From assembly GCF_006345805.1 (NCBI RefSeq), contig NC_042998.1, positions 48,174,001 through 48,238,000 of the forward strand: a DNA stretch of 64,000 nucleotides. The letters run 5' to 3'. The stretch is from Octopus sinensis (taxonomy: Eukaryota). The notes under the pieces were generated by a model. The model was not told the origin of the DNA. It was given only the letters and a program-made list of their open reading frames with translations, and ran no database searches. The first letter of the stretch is position 1. Each line of letters starts with the position of its first letter. Shown here piece by piece: positions 38,811 to 50,867 of this stretch. The translations under genes were made by a program, and so were the position numbers.

Positions 38811-40466
38811 CTAATGGTGTGTGGAGGCATCTGGCTTAGTGGTTAGGGTGTTGGATTCATGATCATAAGATTGTAGTTTCGATTCCTGAACCAGGTGACG
38901 TGTTGTGTTCTTGAGCAAAACACTACATTTCACATTGCTCCAATCCACTCAGCTAACAAAAGTGAGTAATCCTGTGATGGACTAGCATCCCAGCCAAGAA
39001 ACCCGCCCTTATGAGTCAGCATGACTCGAGATGGTATCTTTACATTTTACCACCAATGGTGTCTTCTGTACTTAGCAAACCTCTACTTTGTTCCCACTTT
39101 GGTAAGCAGAACTTGTTGATATAACTTTGAGGATGGTGCACATTACGCATTGTATGTAGCTTCCTAGTTCTTATATCCAATTATTATTATTACTGAGGTC
39201 ATTGCCAGTGCCGCTGGACTGGCTCCTGTGCAGGTGGCATGTAAAAAACACCATTTGAGTGAGGCTGTTGCCAGTACTGCCTGACTGGCCCTTGTGCTGG
39301 TGGCACATAAAAGCACCCACTACACTCTCGGAGTGGTTGGCATTAAAAAGGGTATCCAGCTGTAGAAACTCTGCCAGATCAGATTGGAGCCTGGTGCAGC
39401 CATCTGGTTCACAGGTCCTTAGTCAAATCTTCCAACCCATGCCAGCATGGAAAGCGGACGTTAAATGATGATGATGATGACGACTATTAAGATTCCACCA
39501 AGACTAATTTTGCCTTTCATCCTTTCAGAGTCAAAAAATACGTACCAGTTCAGTGATGGGGTTGATGTAATCAATTAACTGCTTCCCCATAAACTTCAGG
39601 CCTTATGCCTATAGTAGAAAGGATTATTATTATTATAGTAATTATAATAATACTGATGACAATATCCAAAGAACTTTATTTCTGACTTCTTCATTTCTCT
39701 TCACCCCCGTTAAACCATTCTATAGATCTAAAACACGTCTAATGCACATGAAAGCATAATCTTTGAAAAACATTAACTAAAACATAAATATTTCTTACAA
39801 AAAAAATGGATATTATGCATGCATGATTTTAAAGGCAAAATAGGCAAACTTTAAAACAGCAACTACATTATTAGTGCACTACAGTACATAAGGAAATAAA
39901 TAACACAACAATTGAAGTATATGTGTATATAACACTTCAGACTCACAGAAAACAATAAAGAAATTAATATCAGCTCACGATTCAGCATCAATACTTCAGT
40001 CTTCGTCAGAAGGAGACAAACAAGAAATAGTGTTGCATTAGAAAAACATTTTATAGAGAATAAGAAAATAATATAAAGGGATTTATTAACTAAGAGATAA
40101 TTAACAAATCAGACAGTTGTTATTTTATCTTTATTTTGGTTGAGTTTTTTGGTGGGTGTCTGCTATTGTGTTTGTATAAAGAAAGTAAAATCATAAATTT
40201 TAATTGAACATACAAGAAATCTATAACTGATAAAATCAATGAGCTTTTAATTATACAGTTAGCTAAGGCAGTGAGTTGGCTGTATCGTTAGAATGCCAGA
40301 TGAAATGCATAGGTGTAGGTGTGGCTGTGTGGGAAGAAGCTTGCTTCCCAATTACACGGTTCCGAGTTCAGTCCCACTGTGTGGCGCCTTAAGCAAGTGT
40401 CTTCTACTATAGCCTCAGGCCTTGTGAACGGATATGGTAGATGGAAACTGAAAGAAACCTATCATA

Positions 40467-40497
<31 letters not shown>

Positions 40498-41460
40498 TTG
40501 ACCGACCAGGCTATCAGATGTTGCTACACATCGCTGGTCACAATGCACTTCGCATTGTTTTAGCCTTTAAATGACGCCACCCCGCTGGTTAAGCGAGCAG
40601 GCCATATATATATATATTTGTGTGTGTATGTGTCTTTGTCTGTGTCCTCTCCCCCATCCCATTGCTTGACAACCAATGCTAGTGTGTTTATTTACCTGTA
40701 ACTTAGTGGTTTGGCAAAAGAGACCAATAGAATAAGTACCAAGTACCAAGCGTATAAAGAATAAGCCCTGGGGTCAATTTCTTTGACAAAAAGGCAGTGC
40801 TCCAGTATGGCTGCAGTAAAATTACTGAAACAAATAAAAGAATAAAGTGTTTTTTCTGGCTTTACATTCTGAGTTCAAATTCCACCAAGATTGATTTTGC
40901 CTTTCATCCTTTTGGAGTCAATAAAATAACTACTAGTTGAACCCCAGGGTTGTTGTAATTGACTTCCTCTCCCCTCACAGCTGTTGGCCTAGTGCCAAAA
41001 TTAAAAAGCAAAAAATTATATAGCCTGCCAACTATCTGTAATGTAATTAATACTTCTTAAAAACAATTGATCTTTACTTGTCAAATTTTTAAAATAAATA
41101 TGACAGTTATATTTTGAAATAGTAATTAGCAATCATCAAATATATTTAGAGAAGACAAGTAGCAATTCAAATTATATTTTAATGTAGTAACTATTCTTGG
41201 AGCAATGAACTAGCTATTGTATATCAAATACTTTGAAGATAGTTACTGTCAGTCATTTAGTTCTATTTGGCTATTTATTTCTTTTTTCTTTTGGAAAACC
41301 CTACTTAGAGATGAAACAATAATTCAGGATATTGTAAAGATATACTTGATATCAATGCGAAAACCATGTCAATTATTGGACAAAGCTTATTTTACAGGTA
41401 AAATATATCCGAGACTAATTCACATTTGCAATTCACGTTGAAGAAAATATGAAACCCTGT

Positions 41461-41688
41461 TTAACCCTTTCATTACCAACCCGGCTGAAACCGGCTCTGG
41501 CTCTGAGTACAAATGTCTTGTTTTCATAAGTTTTGAATTAAAATCTTCCACCAAACCTTAGTCATAATTTATGTTCCTAACACTAGCTTAATGATAACTA
41601 AGTTATTTTACTAAATTCTTTGTTATATTTAAAATAATTGAAAGAAACACAGAGCATCTCAAAATAAATACGGTAGCGAAAGGGTTAA
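41461..41688. mobile_element. TTAA-flanked piggyBac-like MITE (family P1)
   Basis: TTAAccctttc...cgaaagggTTAA, with CCCTTT/AAAGGG termini. Confidence 0.8.
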
Positions 41689-41758
41689 GAGCCTGTATCC
41701 ATATAAAGTATCCAGAAGTTGTCAGCACAAAATAACTGGTATTATTAAACTAAAAAGT

Positions 41759-42660
41759 AAGGCGATGAGCCGGCAGAAACCTCAGCACGCCAGGCAAAAT
41801 GCTTAGTGGTATTTCATCTGTCTTTATGTTCTGAGTTCAAATACTGCCGAGGTCAACTTTGCCTTTCATCCTTTTAGGGTCAATGAATTGAGTACCAGCC
41901 AAGTACTGGTTGTCGATGTGATCAACTTACTCCTTCCCAACAAATTTCAGGTCTTGTGTCTATAGTAGAATGGATTATTAAACCAAAAGATAAGATGATG
42001 AGCTGGCAGAATCATTAGCATGCCAGGCAAAATGCTTAGCAGTATTGTGTGCATCTTTACATTCTGAGTTCAAATGCTGCTGAGGTCAACTTTGCCTTTC
42101 ATCCATTCAGGGTTGATAAAATAAGTATCAGGTGAGCATTGGGGTTGATGTAATCAATTTATTCCAGCCCCCTGAAATTGCTGGCCTTGTGCCAAAATTT
42201 GAAACCATTATTAAACTAAAAGGTAAGGCAGTGACCTGGCAGAATCATTAGTACACCAGACAAAATGCTTAGTGGCATTTCCTTCGGCTTTTCATGTTCC
42301 AATGCAGCTTTGTCTTTCATTCTTTCAGGTCAGTCAAATAAGAACCAGTCAAGCACCAGAGTCAATGTCATCAACTAACCCCTTTCCTCAAAACTGTTTG
42401 CCTAGAGCCAAAATTTGAAGCAATTATTGAAACCCCCCCCCCCAAAAAAAAGGGCAGAGAGCGGGTAGAGTCACAAGCATGTTGAACAAAAGGCTTAGTA
42501 GTATTTCTTCCAATTCATTATGTCCTGAGTTCAAATGTCACTCAGGTCAACTTTGTCTTTCCTTTCAAGATTGATAACATAAAGTACCAGTGAAGTACTG
42601 GGGTTGATGTAATCAACTTATCCGCTCCACTGGAAATTGTTGGCTTTGTGTGAGACTAAG
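41759..42660 (+). mobile_element. Head-to-tail array of four family-D SINEs
   Basis: Copies start at about 41759, 41992, 42225 and 42451; linkers ATTATTAAAC(T/C)AAAA(A/G)..TAAG. Confidence 0.85.
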
Positions 42661-42817
42661 AGAGAATTACAAAATAATTTCAATAATCTCCGAATTTGAT
42701 AAAATAACTGTCTTAAGGAAAGAATAAGAACATTTAAGAACTGTATAAAAAATCTAAGTTTTAATAATATAGTACAGAATATATAAAATGACTGAAGAAA
42801 ACACTGGCTGAAATATC

Positions 42818-44705
42818 ATAACCCGATTTTTTGTCTGATGTCACTTTGTCCAATGTCTGTCTGATGATTTATTTTTGTTCAACTTTAAATAAACTCTTTA
42901 GAAAACAAGGTGAACATGAAAATCAAATAATCATTGAGAATTTTATTGATAGGATTCGAGTAAAATACTATGGAAAAATGTATTTAAAAAAAAGTCATTT
43001 TAAAAAAGTAATAAGATATAACTAATGATTTATTATGATCACTTAAAACTGATGCAAATTATATGCCACCTTCTTCAAAAAATCAATTTTTCTTGTTGAC
43101 CCATATTCAAAGACCAGTCTTTTGAGGCATTCAGTTATTCTTCGATATCGTGAACATGAATTTGATGGATCTCCTCGAAGAATTTGAATTATTTTACCTT
43201 GAACGAACCCTTCCTCTTTTTTCAGAGTTCTGATTAATTTTCAAATATTCAAATATGTTCCTTCTGCTGAACACTTCATTGCAGAATGAACCCCACTGCA
43301 GCATTATTTGCTCTGGGAAGATCTTAAAGAATAGGCTGATTAACATTCCATACAGCAATCGGGAATGTAGGAGGTTCTCTCCTCCATCTAGCACCACATG
43401 CTCTAACAATACCTATGTAAATTAAGTCAAAGTAAGCAATGGATTCAGCAGGTATTTCTTCATAGGCCTCTTCAACATCTTCAGTGGGTAGGAAGGCTAA
43501 GGCTGAAAAACACTGAATTTTAAGACGGAATTCAGAGTCTTTAATGTATTTTTCTTTGAGGCCTAAATCTAATTTTTCGAAATACTGATTGGCTCAAATG
43601 AAACAAACATGCCACGATAAATAAATTAGAGACTGATGAATTAACTGCCTTATGAACAGCAACTTCGAAATCTGCCATGAGATCAAATGGATATACATTA
43701 GGTTGCATAATTTTCAATTGCTCAAAAAAATAATTTATGTCTGCTTTGTTTTATTCAGCAGTAATGCGAAGATCCGTGGAAACCATTGTTCTGGCACAAT
43801 TTTGAGCATTCCATCACATGCCCAATGACAATATTATGCTATATCTTGAAGAGCACTTTGTGATGCAAATACTAGTATGCAGTGTTGATCCTCAATACCC
43901 GAATCGTATCTCAAAAACTGTTCGCCATTATCAAGTTTGCAATATTCTTCAGGTATTTCAAAACCAGTTCAAGCTCCTGGATTAGAGGGAAATCCAGAAG
44001 TTTTTTGTTGGTACCTTTGTATGGTCCTTGAAAGTACAGGCAAATGAGGAAGTTCAGAGTAAGTATTTTCTGTTAGCAGCGTAAACTTAGCTGTGGTTAT
44101 GCTACACGAACTTGCAGCTATGTTTTCCACCGCTTCATGCTTTATTTCTGCAATTGCTTTTCTAGCATTTAACGAATCTACATCAGCTGGATGAAGGTGC
44201 TTACTAGAAAGATAAATAATTTTTAGCTCATTGTTTTTCGTTACCGTGTGAATTCACATGAACACAACCTTCTTTTCTCACATCTCCAGCATTCTTTTCC
44301 TGTGTTGTAATGCTTGAATGAAAATCGTAGATGTAATTACTTTCATCAACTACTTTTCTTTTGTTTTTGGTCGATGCTATGAACTTTGTCATTTCAGGAT
44401 GGGTAAATTAAAAATGTGTACACTAAATTTGCAGCACCCTCTATACACAGCAGAGAGAGAAGGAAAAAGAGAAAGTAAAACTCTTAACAGAGAAGGAAAA
44501 CGAACGATAATAGCAATCCTATAATGAGGCTCTTTATAGTGCTGTAAATATATCATTAGAGATATTTCACCTTGTTTTCTAAAGAATTTATTTAAAATTG
44601 GACAAAAAGTCATTGGACAAAAAATTAAAAAAAAACATCAGACAAAAAGACATCAGATGAAAAGACGTTTGACAAAGTGACGTCGGATGAAAAGGCATAG
44701 CACCC
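42818..44705 (-). mobile_element. Mutator-like (MULE) DNA transposon with ~100-bp TIRs and a disrupted transposase
   Basis: Minus-strand pieces HWACDGMLKIVPEQW, LMADFEVAVHKAV, ACLFHLSQSVFRKI and DLPRANNAAVGF; TIR blocks GTCACTTTGTC and TTTAAATAAA.TCTTTAGAAAACAAGGTGAA at both ends; candidate 9-bp TSD TGAAATATC (42809-17) / TGAAATATA (44706-14). Confidence 0.85.
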
Positions 44706-45404
44706 TGAAATATAGTGGGAATAGAAATACTGAAGATATTACAAGTGGCTGGTCATCATAAGTATTTAACTGGTTCATTTTAATCATGGTTCAAATCACT
44801 CTTATTCATTATAGTATCTACAATATGATGGTGGGGAAAATACCTTAGAGGAATGTTCTTAATACTAAAAATAACTATGTCTGGGTCACGCATATGTAAC
44901 ATAGTGAGTTGAAAAACTTCAATCAACTAAGAATATCCAAGTAATTATTAAAGAAAATCTCTACACCTCTAGGGGTGTAGAAATTTAACATCAAGGAAGA
45001 GAAATAACTCAAAAAAAATCTGTTGATTGAAATTTCTGAGGAGGATATTTTTTCAATTAATTACTTGAGAAAATTTAAGTTGATAGAGTTTTTCAAATTA
45101 GTTTTTCACCTACTATATTATAAATAAGACCCCGTCATATTGCTATTTATTCTGAGCTGAAATAAAGATGGTTGTTAATTGTTAATTTAAACACTGAGTT
45201 ATTTAATAATCATTATATGAAAAAGAAATAGTATTAAATTAAAATAGCCATCTATGTATCATACTTAATGTAAATACATCACTGAAAAGCAATTTACTGA
45301 GGTATTCATCCAGAGAATCTTTTAAGAATGTGTTGTATTTAAAAACATAATATATTTTAGAGGGAAGGGATAAGTTTGGTCTCTCTCCATCATATATTGC
45401 GTTT

Positions 45405-45634
45405 TTAACCCTTTAACATTTAACCCAGCCACACCCAGCCCCAAATTTTCTGCTAGTTTTATGTTCAAACTGGCCAGATTTGGCCTCCTATACCTACCCA
45501 ACAATATCATTCAAAACATAAACAATCACATCACTGAAATCGTAAAGCTACAAGATAAGGCATGATGAATTGAAATCAGTGTGAATAAATACATATTACA
45601 TTTGACAGAGTAATCTGAATGCTACAAGGGTTAA
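45405..45634. mobile_element. TTAA piggyBac-like MITE (family P2)
   Basis: TTAAccctttaacatt...gctacaagggTTAA. Confidence 0.75.
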
Positions 45635-46224
45635 ATGCAGTAGGTCCATAAGAGATGTTATTACTAGATCAATACCACAGTAAATTTACCTTTCAACAAC
45701 ATATTTATATTAAGTATGATGTACGGATGGCTATTGATTTAACTGCCTTTCTGAAACTATTTAGTAAGTTTACCCAAATTTTAGTTGGAATCCATTTTAA
45801 TTTTTAGCAATTTATTTTAAATTTGTTTACCATTTTTTTTTTCTCTTTTGCTTCATTATTGATGTCACAGTTAATATTGTTAATATATGATTATATCATT
45901 AAAAATATTAATGATATTAATGTTTTTGCAATGTTGTGATTTTCCATATTCTCAAAGATCGATTAAGGATTAAAAGACCAACTTGCCAAAGTACTCTTCA
46001 GAAATTTACACACACACACATACACACACACATACACACACACATATATACACAAAGCATAAGTCACTTCAAAGTTCAATTTTCAAACTACCAATGATAG
46101 TTAAGAACTGAATCAAGGAATAGCTTAATCTCTCATTAACTTAACACTGCAATAAATCAGAGATATGCACTTGTCCCATGGATTAGCTTTAGCTGAGATT
46201 TAGCATAATCTGTCACAAGTTCCA

Positions 46225-46692
46225 TTCCTTGTTGCAGTGGAGATCTCAATGACCCTGAGAGCTCTGCTAGTGGGGAGCAAGTTCCTGGTAGGGTGTCCTA
46301 TACTGGACAAAGAACAGAAGCCAGAATAATCTGGATCACCTCTTTCTAGAGATAAGAATGGGTCAGCATAGAGCCAAGACCCCTACCTAGAAAAAAAAAT
46401 CAAAATTATAGAAGCATTGATGATAATTCAAAACCAACAAGACAAGGAAATGAAGGCCTTCCTTCAGGGAAACATGATGCACTGCAGCAAAATTCAAAAG
46501 GGAAGATTACTGTCCAGCATTACACATCAGGCCCTGACCTGGAACCCACAAGGAAACCCTAAAAAATAACTGTAGGCAGGATAATGAAGCAGAGCTGGAA
46601 AAGCTGGGGTCCAACTGAGGAGAAGCATAAAAGACAGCACAGTGTTGAGTACAGTCAGGTAGATTCATCAGTGGCTTAGAGTGAAGGCCTTA
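46225..46692 (+). mobile_element. Internally deleted (bipartite) RTE-like element: 5'UTR-like part joined to the ORF 3' end
   Basis: The 3' part translates to SITHQALTWNPQG...EAELEKLGSN, resembling RTE ITRQALTWNPQGKRKRGRP; the 5' part GTGGAGATCTCAATGACCCTGAGAGCT...CCCTACC resembles RTE 5'UTRs as recalled. Confidence 0.55.
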
Positions 46693-47123
46693 AATTTAAA
46701 AATAGAAAATAATAATAAATAACTAACGGGACCTGTGAATATTTCACGGAATTAATGATAAACTTATTGGGTTATTTCTGAAAACTTTATCCAAAAAACC
46801 TGAAAGTGTAGCCTGTGTAGTGTCTGCATCAAATGATAGTTGCTCATCTGCTAATCATTGAAAAGTGAAGGAAATTGGAATACAATAATTATTTAATGCA
46901 CTTTTATATATACACTTTATATATGTATGTACAATTTTATAGCCTTAATACACAGCACTCTCCCTCTTTCTCTCTCACGCTTTGCTTACCCGCTTTTTCT
47001 TTTGTTCTTTGCCTTTCCCTTCAAACTAATCACATTACAGTGTTATAGATGGGTTAAGTAACAGAGGAAAAAAAAAACTTAGTTAAAAAAAAATTACACA
47101 GGCGTAGTAAAAAAAAACTACAT

Positions 47124-47296
47124 AGGTGTAGGAGTCACTGTGTAGTAAGTAGGTTGCTTACAAACCACATGGTTCCGGGTTCAGTCCCACTGCATGGCAC
47201 CTTGGACAAGTGCCTTCTACTATAGCCTTGGGCCGACCAAAGCCTTGTGAGTGGATTTGGTAGACGGAAACTGAAAGAATCCCGTCGTAAACATGC

Positions 47297-47330
<34 letters not shown>

Positions 47331-47550
47331 TTGTGTGTCTGTGTTTATCCCCCCAACATCACTTGACAACCGATTTCGGTGTGTTTACGTCCCCATAACT
47401 TAGCAGTTTGGCAAAAGAAACTGATAGAAAAAGTACTAGGCTTACAAAGAATAAGTCCTGGGGTCGATTTGCTCGACTAAAGCCGGTGCTCCAGCATGCC
47501 CACAGTCAAATGACTGAAACAAGTAAAAGAATAAAAGAGAGTAAAGAGTA
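47124..47550 (+). mobile_element. SINE family A
   Basis: Full head, microsatellite middle and tail. Confidence 0.85.
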
Positions 47551-48037
47551 TATCTCACTCTCCTCCTCCCCCTCCTCTCCTGTCTAGCCCTAACCCCTTC
47601 AACTAATCCCGTAGAAGCGTTACAGATGGGGTAAGTAATGGAGAAACAAGCAGAATTATTACAAGATAGTAACAGGCAGCTGCAGTGCAATGTCTTGATG
47701 TACATATGGCATAATGAAAGTTTAGAGAAATAACAGCATTTATTAGTACAGCTGCTGATTATATGGTACGTGTCACAGTTTGTAGTTCAACCTTCGAAAA
47801 TGATTCACTTATGCATATATATGTTATCTATGCAATACGTAATAGCACAAAGGCTGTGACTGTAGACTTCTGATTGCGTGGTTATGAGTTTAAAACTTAC
47901 AACAAACCTTATATTGTGCTCCTGCTCAAATATCAGATCTCTATCTTTGATTCAATGTGACTGATTGACTAAAGATTTGAGTTCAATTCTATCACTGAGT
48001 GCTTTGTAGCATGGTAGGAATGATATGAAGCTTCATA

Positions 48038-48085
<48 letters not shown>

Positions 48086-48146
48086 GGCGGTGCCCCAGCA
48101 TGGCCACAGCTCATTAGCTGAAACTAGAAAAATCAAAATCAAAAAA

Positions 48147-48187
<41 letters not shown>

Positions 48188-48191
<4 letters not shown>

Positions 48192-48429
48192 GCAGCGTGG
48201 AAGGTGTTTATAAGCCATTTATGAAACACGCAAAAACCGTTAGATTCACTTCAACATTTAAATTTTAATTTGTCAAAATATTTTCGTTGCTTTGAAGTTT
48301 TGTCAGTGAACAGGTCATGGTCTCAAAGCGACGAAAATATTTTGACAAATTAAGATTTAAATGTTGAAGTGAATCTAACGGTTTTGTGTGTTTCTTAAAT
48401 GGCTTATAAACACCTTCCACGCTGCAATT
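48188..48429. mobile_element. Near-perfect 242-bp palindromic (fold-back) element embedded in (TA)n
   Basis: AATTGCAGCGTGGAAGGTGTTTATAAGCCATT...AATGGCTTATAAACACCTTCCACGCTGCAATT; arms of about 105-110 bp. Confidence 0.8.
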
Positions 48430-50867
48430 GTTTTCGTTCCAGCACACGATCTCAGATCAGGTCACTTGCTATGCAAGTACATCTCATATATATATATATA
48501 TAATATATATATATATAATATATATATGTAGGTCCCGGGTTGATTCGGGGTTAACCACAGTAAATATAATAATAAATATATATATATATATATATACATT
48601 CCGAATCCTTTTGCCAAGTCTGTCCGTAAACGAAGTGATCCCAAGATAAGAAATCTTTGAACTTTAATTCACCCCGTATCTCTATTATTATTATTTATTA
48701 TGTATCATTATTCTGAGCCCCCTAGTCGCCACTCTGTTTACTATTTCAGCCTCGCCTCGTTTTTGCATATCTGTATAATTCATTAGTTATCGTTATAGAT
48801 ATTTAAGATCTATCTCCCTTACAGGGCTGATCGAATTGGCCGCCGATTCTGATGATGATGATGATGATGATGATGATCCGTCGATGATGATGATGATCCG
48901 CCGATGATGATGATGATGATGATGATGATATATATACATATACCATAATTATCATCATTATTTAACATCTAACATCCAATAATACACAAGTATATAAGGA
49001 TGCATTCACATTCCACCCAGAACAAAGTAATAATTGTAACAACAACAACAGCACCAACAATAACAACAATGACAACAAAGAAAATACATTTTATTTTTCT
49101 TATTCTGGGAAGTAAAATAAAAACTCAGTGCCCACAACCCAAGTGCAGATGTGCACGTGTGTGTGTATGTGTGTACGTATATATGTGCACATGCATTTAT
49201 GGGTCTGTATGTGAGGGTGTGGGTATTTTACAGGAAATTGTGTGTGTGTGTCTGTCTGTTTCTGTAGGAAGCAATAGCAAACATTTTTTTTTTTTACCAT
49301 TTTTAAATTTAATTCTAAAGAAGAAAAAAATATGAATAATCAAAATATCATATTATTTACATACCAGAATTCCTTTTTGACAGAACTGCACAAAAGGAAA
49401 ATTAGAATTTTGCAAAAAAAATATTTATAATTTTGACGGTTGCAATTTCAAACTAAATCTCACACAAACACACACACACACACAATCACACATTTATGCA
49501 ATAGAATAAAGACACAAGTACATACCAGCATACTCACAATGCATACATACACACACATACACACAGAGTCAACAGGTTTTATTTTAATGATGCATTTGTT
49601 TCGTGCTTTCATTTGTCTTATTCCAGACATGCAATGCTTTTAGTAAAATTTCATGCTCAAACACATAGCCAGATTCAGTTTACATACTACATCAGTACTC
49701 GTATGTCATTCAACAACAGACTAAGATGCAGCAATCCAACCTAACATATGATTACATTTTGCAATAGAATGCTAGAAGAACAAAAAAAATAATAATAAAT
49801 AAACCATTTACATATATGTGTATGCATAGTCATGTTTGTACAGACACATTTGTATAATTATGTATAGGCGTTTATATATGTAGGTATGCTCCATGCACAT
49901 ATGCCTAGATTCAATGCTTTCTTTAATTTTTGGCAACATTTTTTTCTCCTTTTTTGTTCTTTACTAATTGACTTTGAACAACAGGAGGTGACATGAAGCA
50001 ATCTGAAGAGTAAACATCCTTGTTAAAATCAATTTGTACCAAAAACTTTGATATAGGTAAAAAGAAAAAAAAAATGTCATCCATGGAATGAGAGAAAGGA
50101 CAACTTATGTAGATTACAATCAAAATGAATTTGCTTTGTATATGTTTTCCTGTTATTCTTACAATTTTCTGAAGTAACAAACTGAAAGAAACATTTATAT
50201 ATATATACATACACAAACACACAAACATATATATGTATGAGTATATGTGTTTGTATATATACATATCATCATCATCATCATCGTTTAACGTTCGCTTTCC
50301 ATGCTGGCATGGGTTGCACTTAACCAACCACACGGTTGCGGGTTCGGTCCCACTGCGTGGCATCTTGGGCAAGTGTCTTCTGCTATAGCCCCGGGCCGAC
50401 CAATGCCTTGTGAGTGGATTTGGTAGACGGAAACTGAAAGAAGCCTGTCGTATATATGTATATATATGTATATGTGTTTGTGTGTCTGTGTTTGTCCCCC
50501 TAGCATTGCTTGACAACCAATGCTGGTGTGTTTAGGTCCCCGTCACTTGGCGGTTCGGCAAAAAGAGACCGATAGAATAAGTACTAAAAGGTGGTGCTCC
50601 AGCATGGCCGCAGTCAAAATGACTGAAACAAGTAAAAGAGTAATATATATAAATATTTTTACGTGCAGGTGGCACGTAAAAAGCACCCACTACACTCACA
50701 GAGTGGTTGGTGTTAGGAAGGGCATCCAGCTGTAGAAACATTGCCAGATTGCCAGATAAGACCGGAGCCTGGTGCAGCCTTCTGGCTTCCCAGATCCCCG
50801 GTCGAACTGTCCAACCCATGCTAGCATGGAGAACGGACGTTAAATGATGATGATGATGATATATATG

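Noticed and set aside
39965-40015. Minus-strand CTGACGAAGACTG..., a possible decayed Penelope hammerhead
   Set aside because: There is no intact stem II, GAAA or stem III.
48820-48852. CTGATC followed by the hairpin GAATTGG-CCG-CCGATTC at the end of a CpG-rich segment
   Set aside because: The CUGANGA core is broken and GAAA is replaced by a (GAT)n tract; this is not enough to call a ribozyme.
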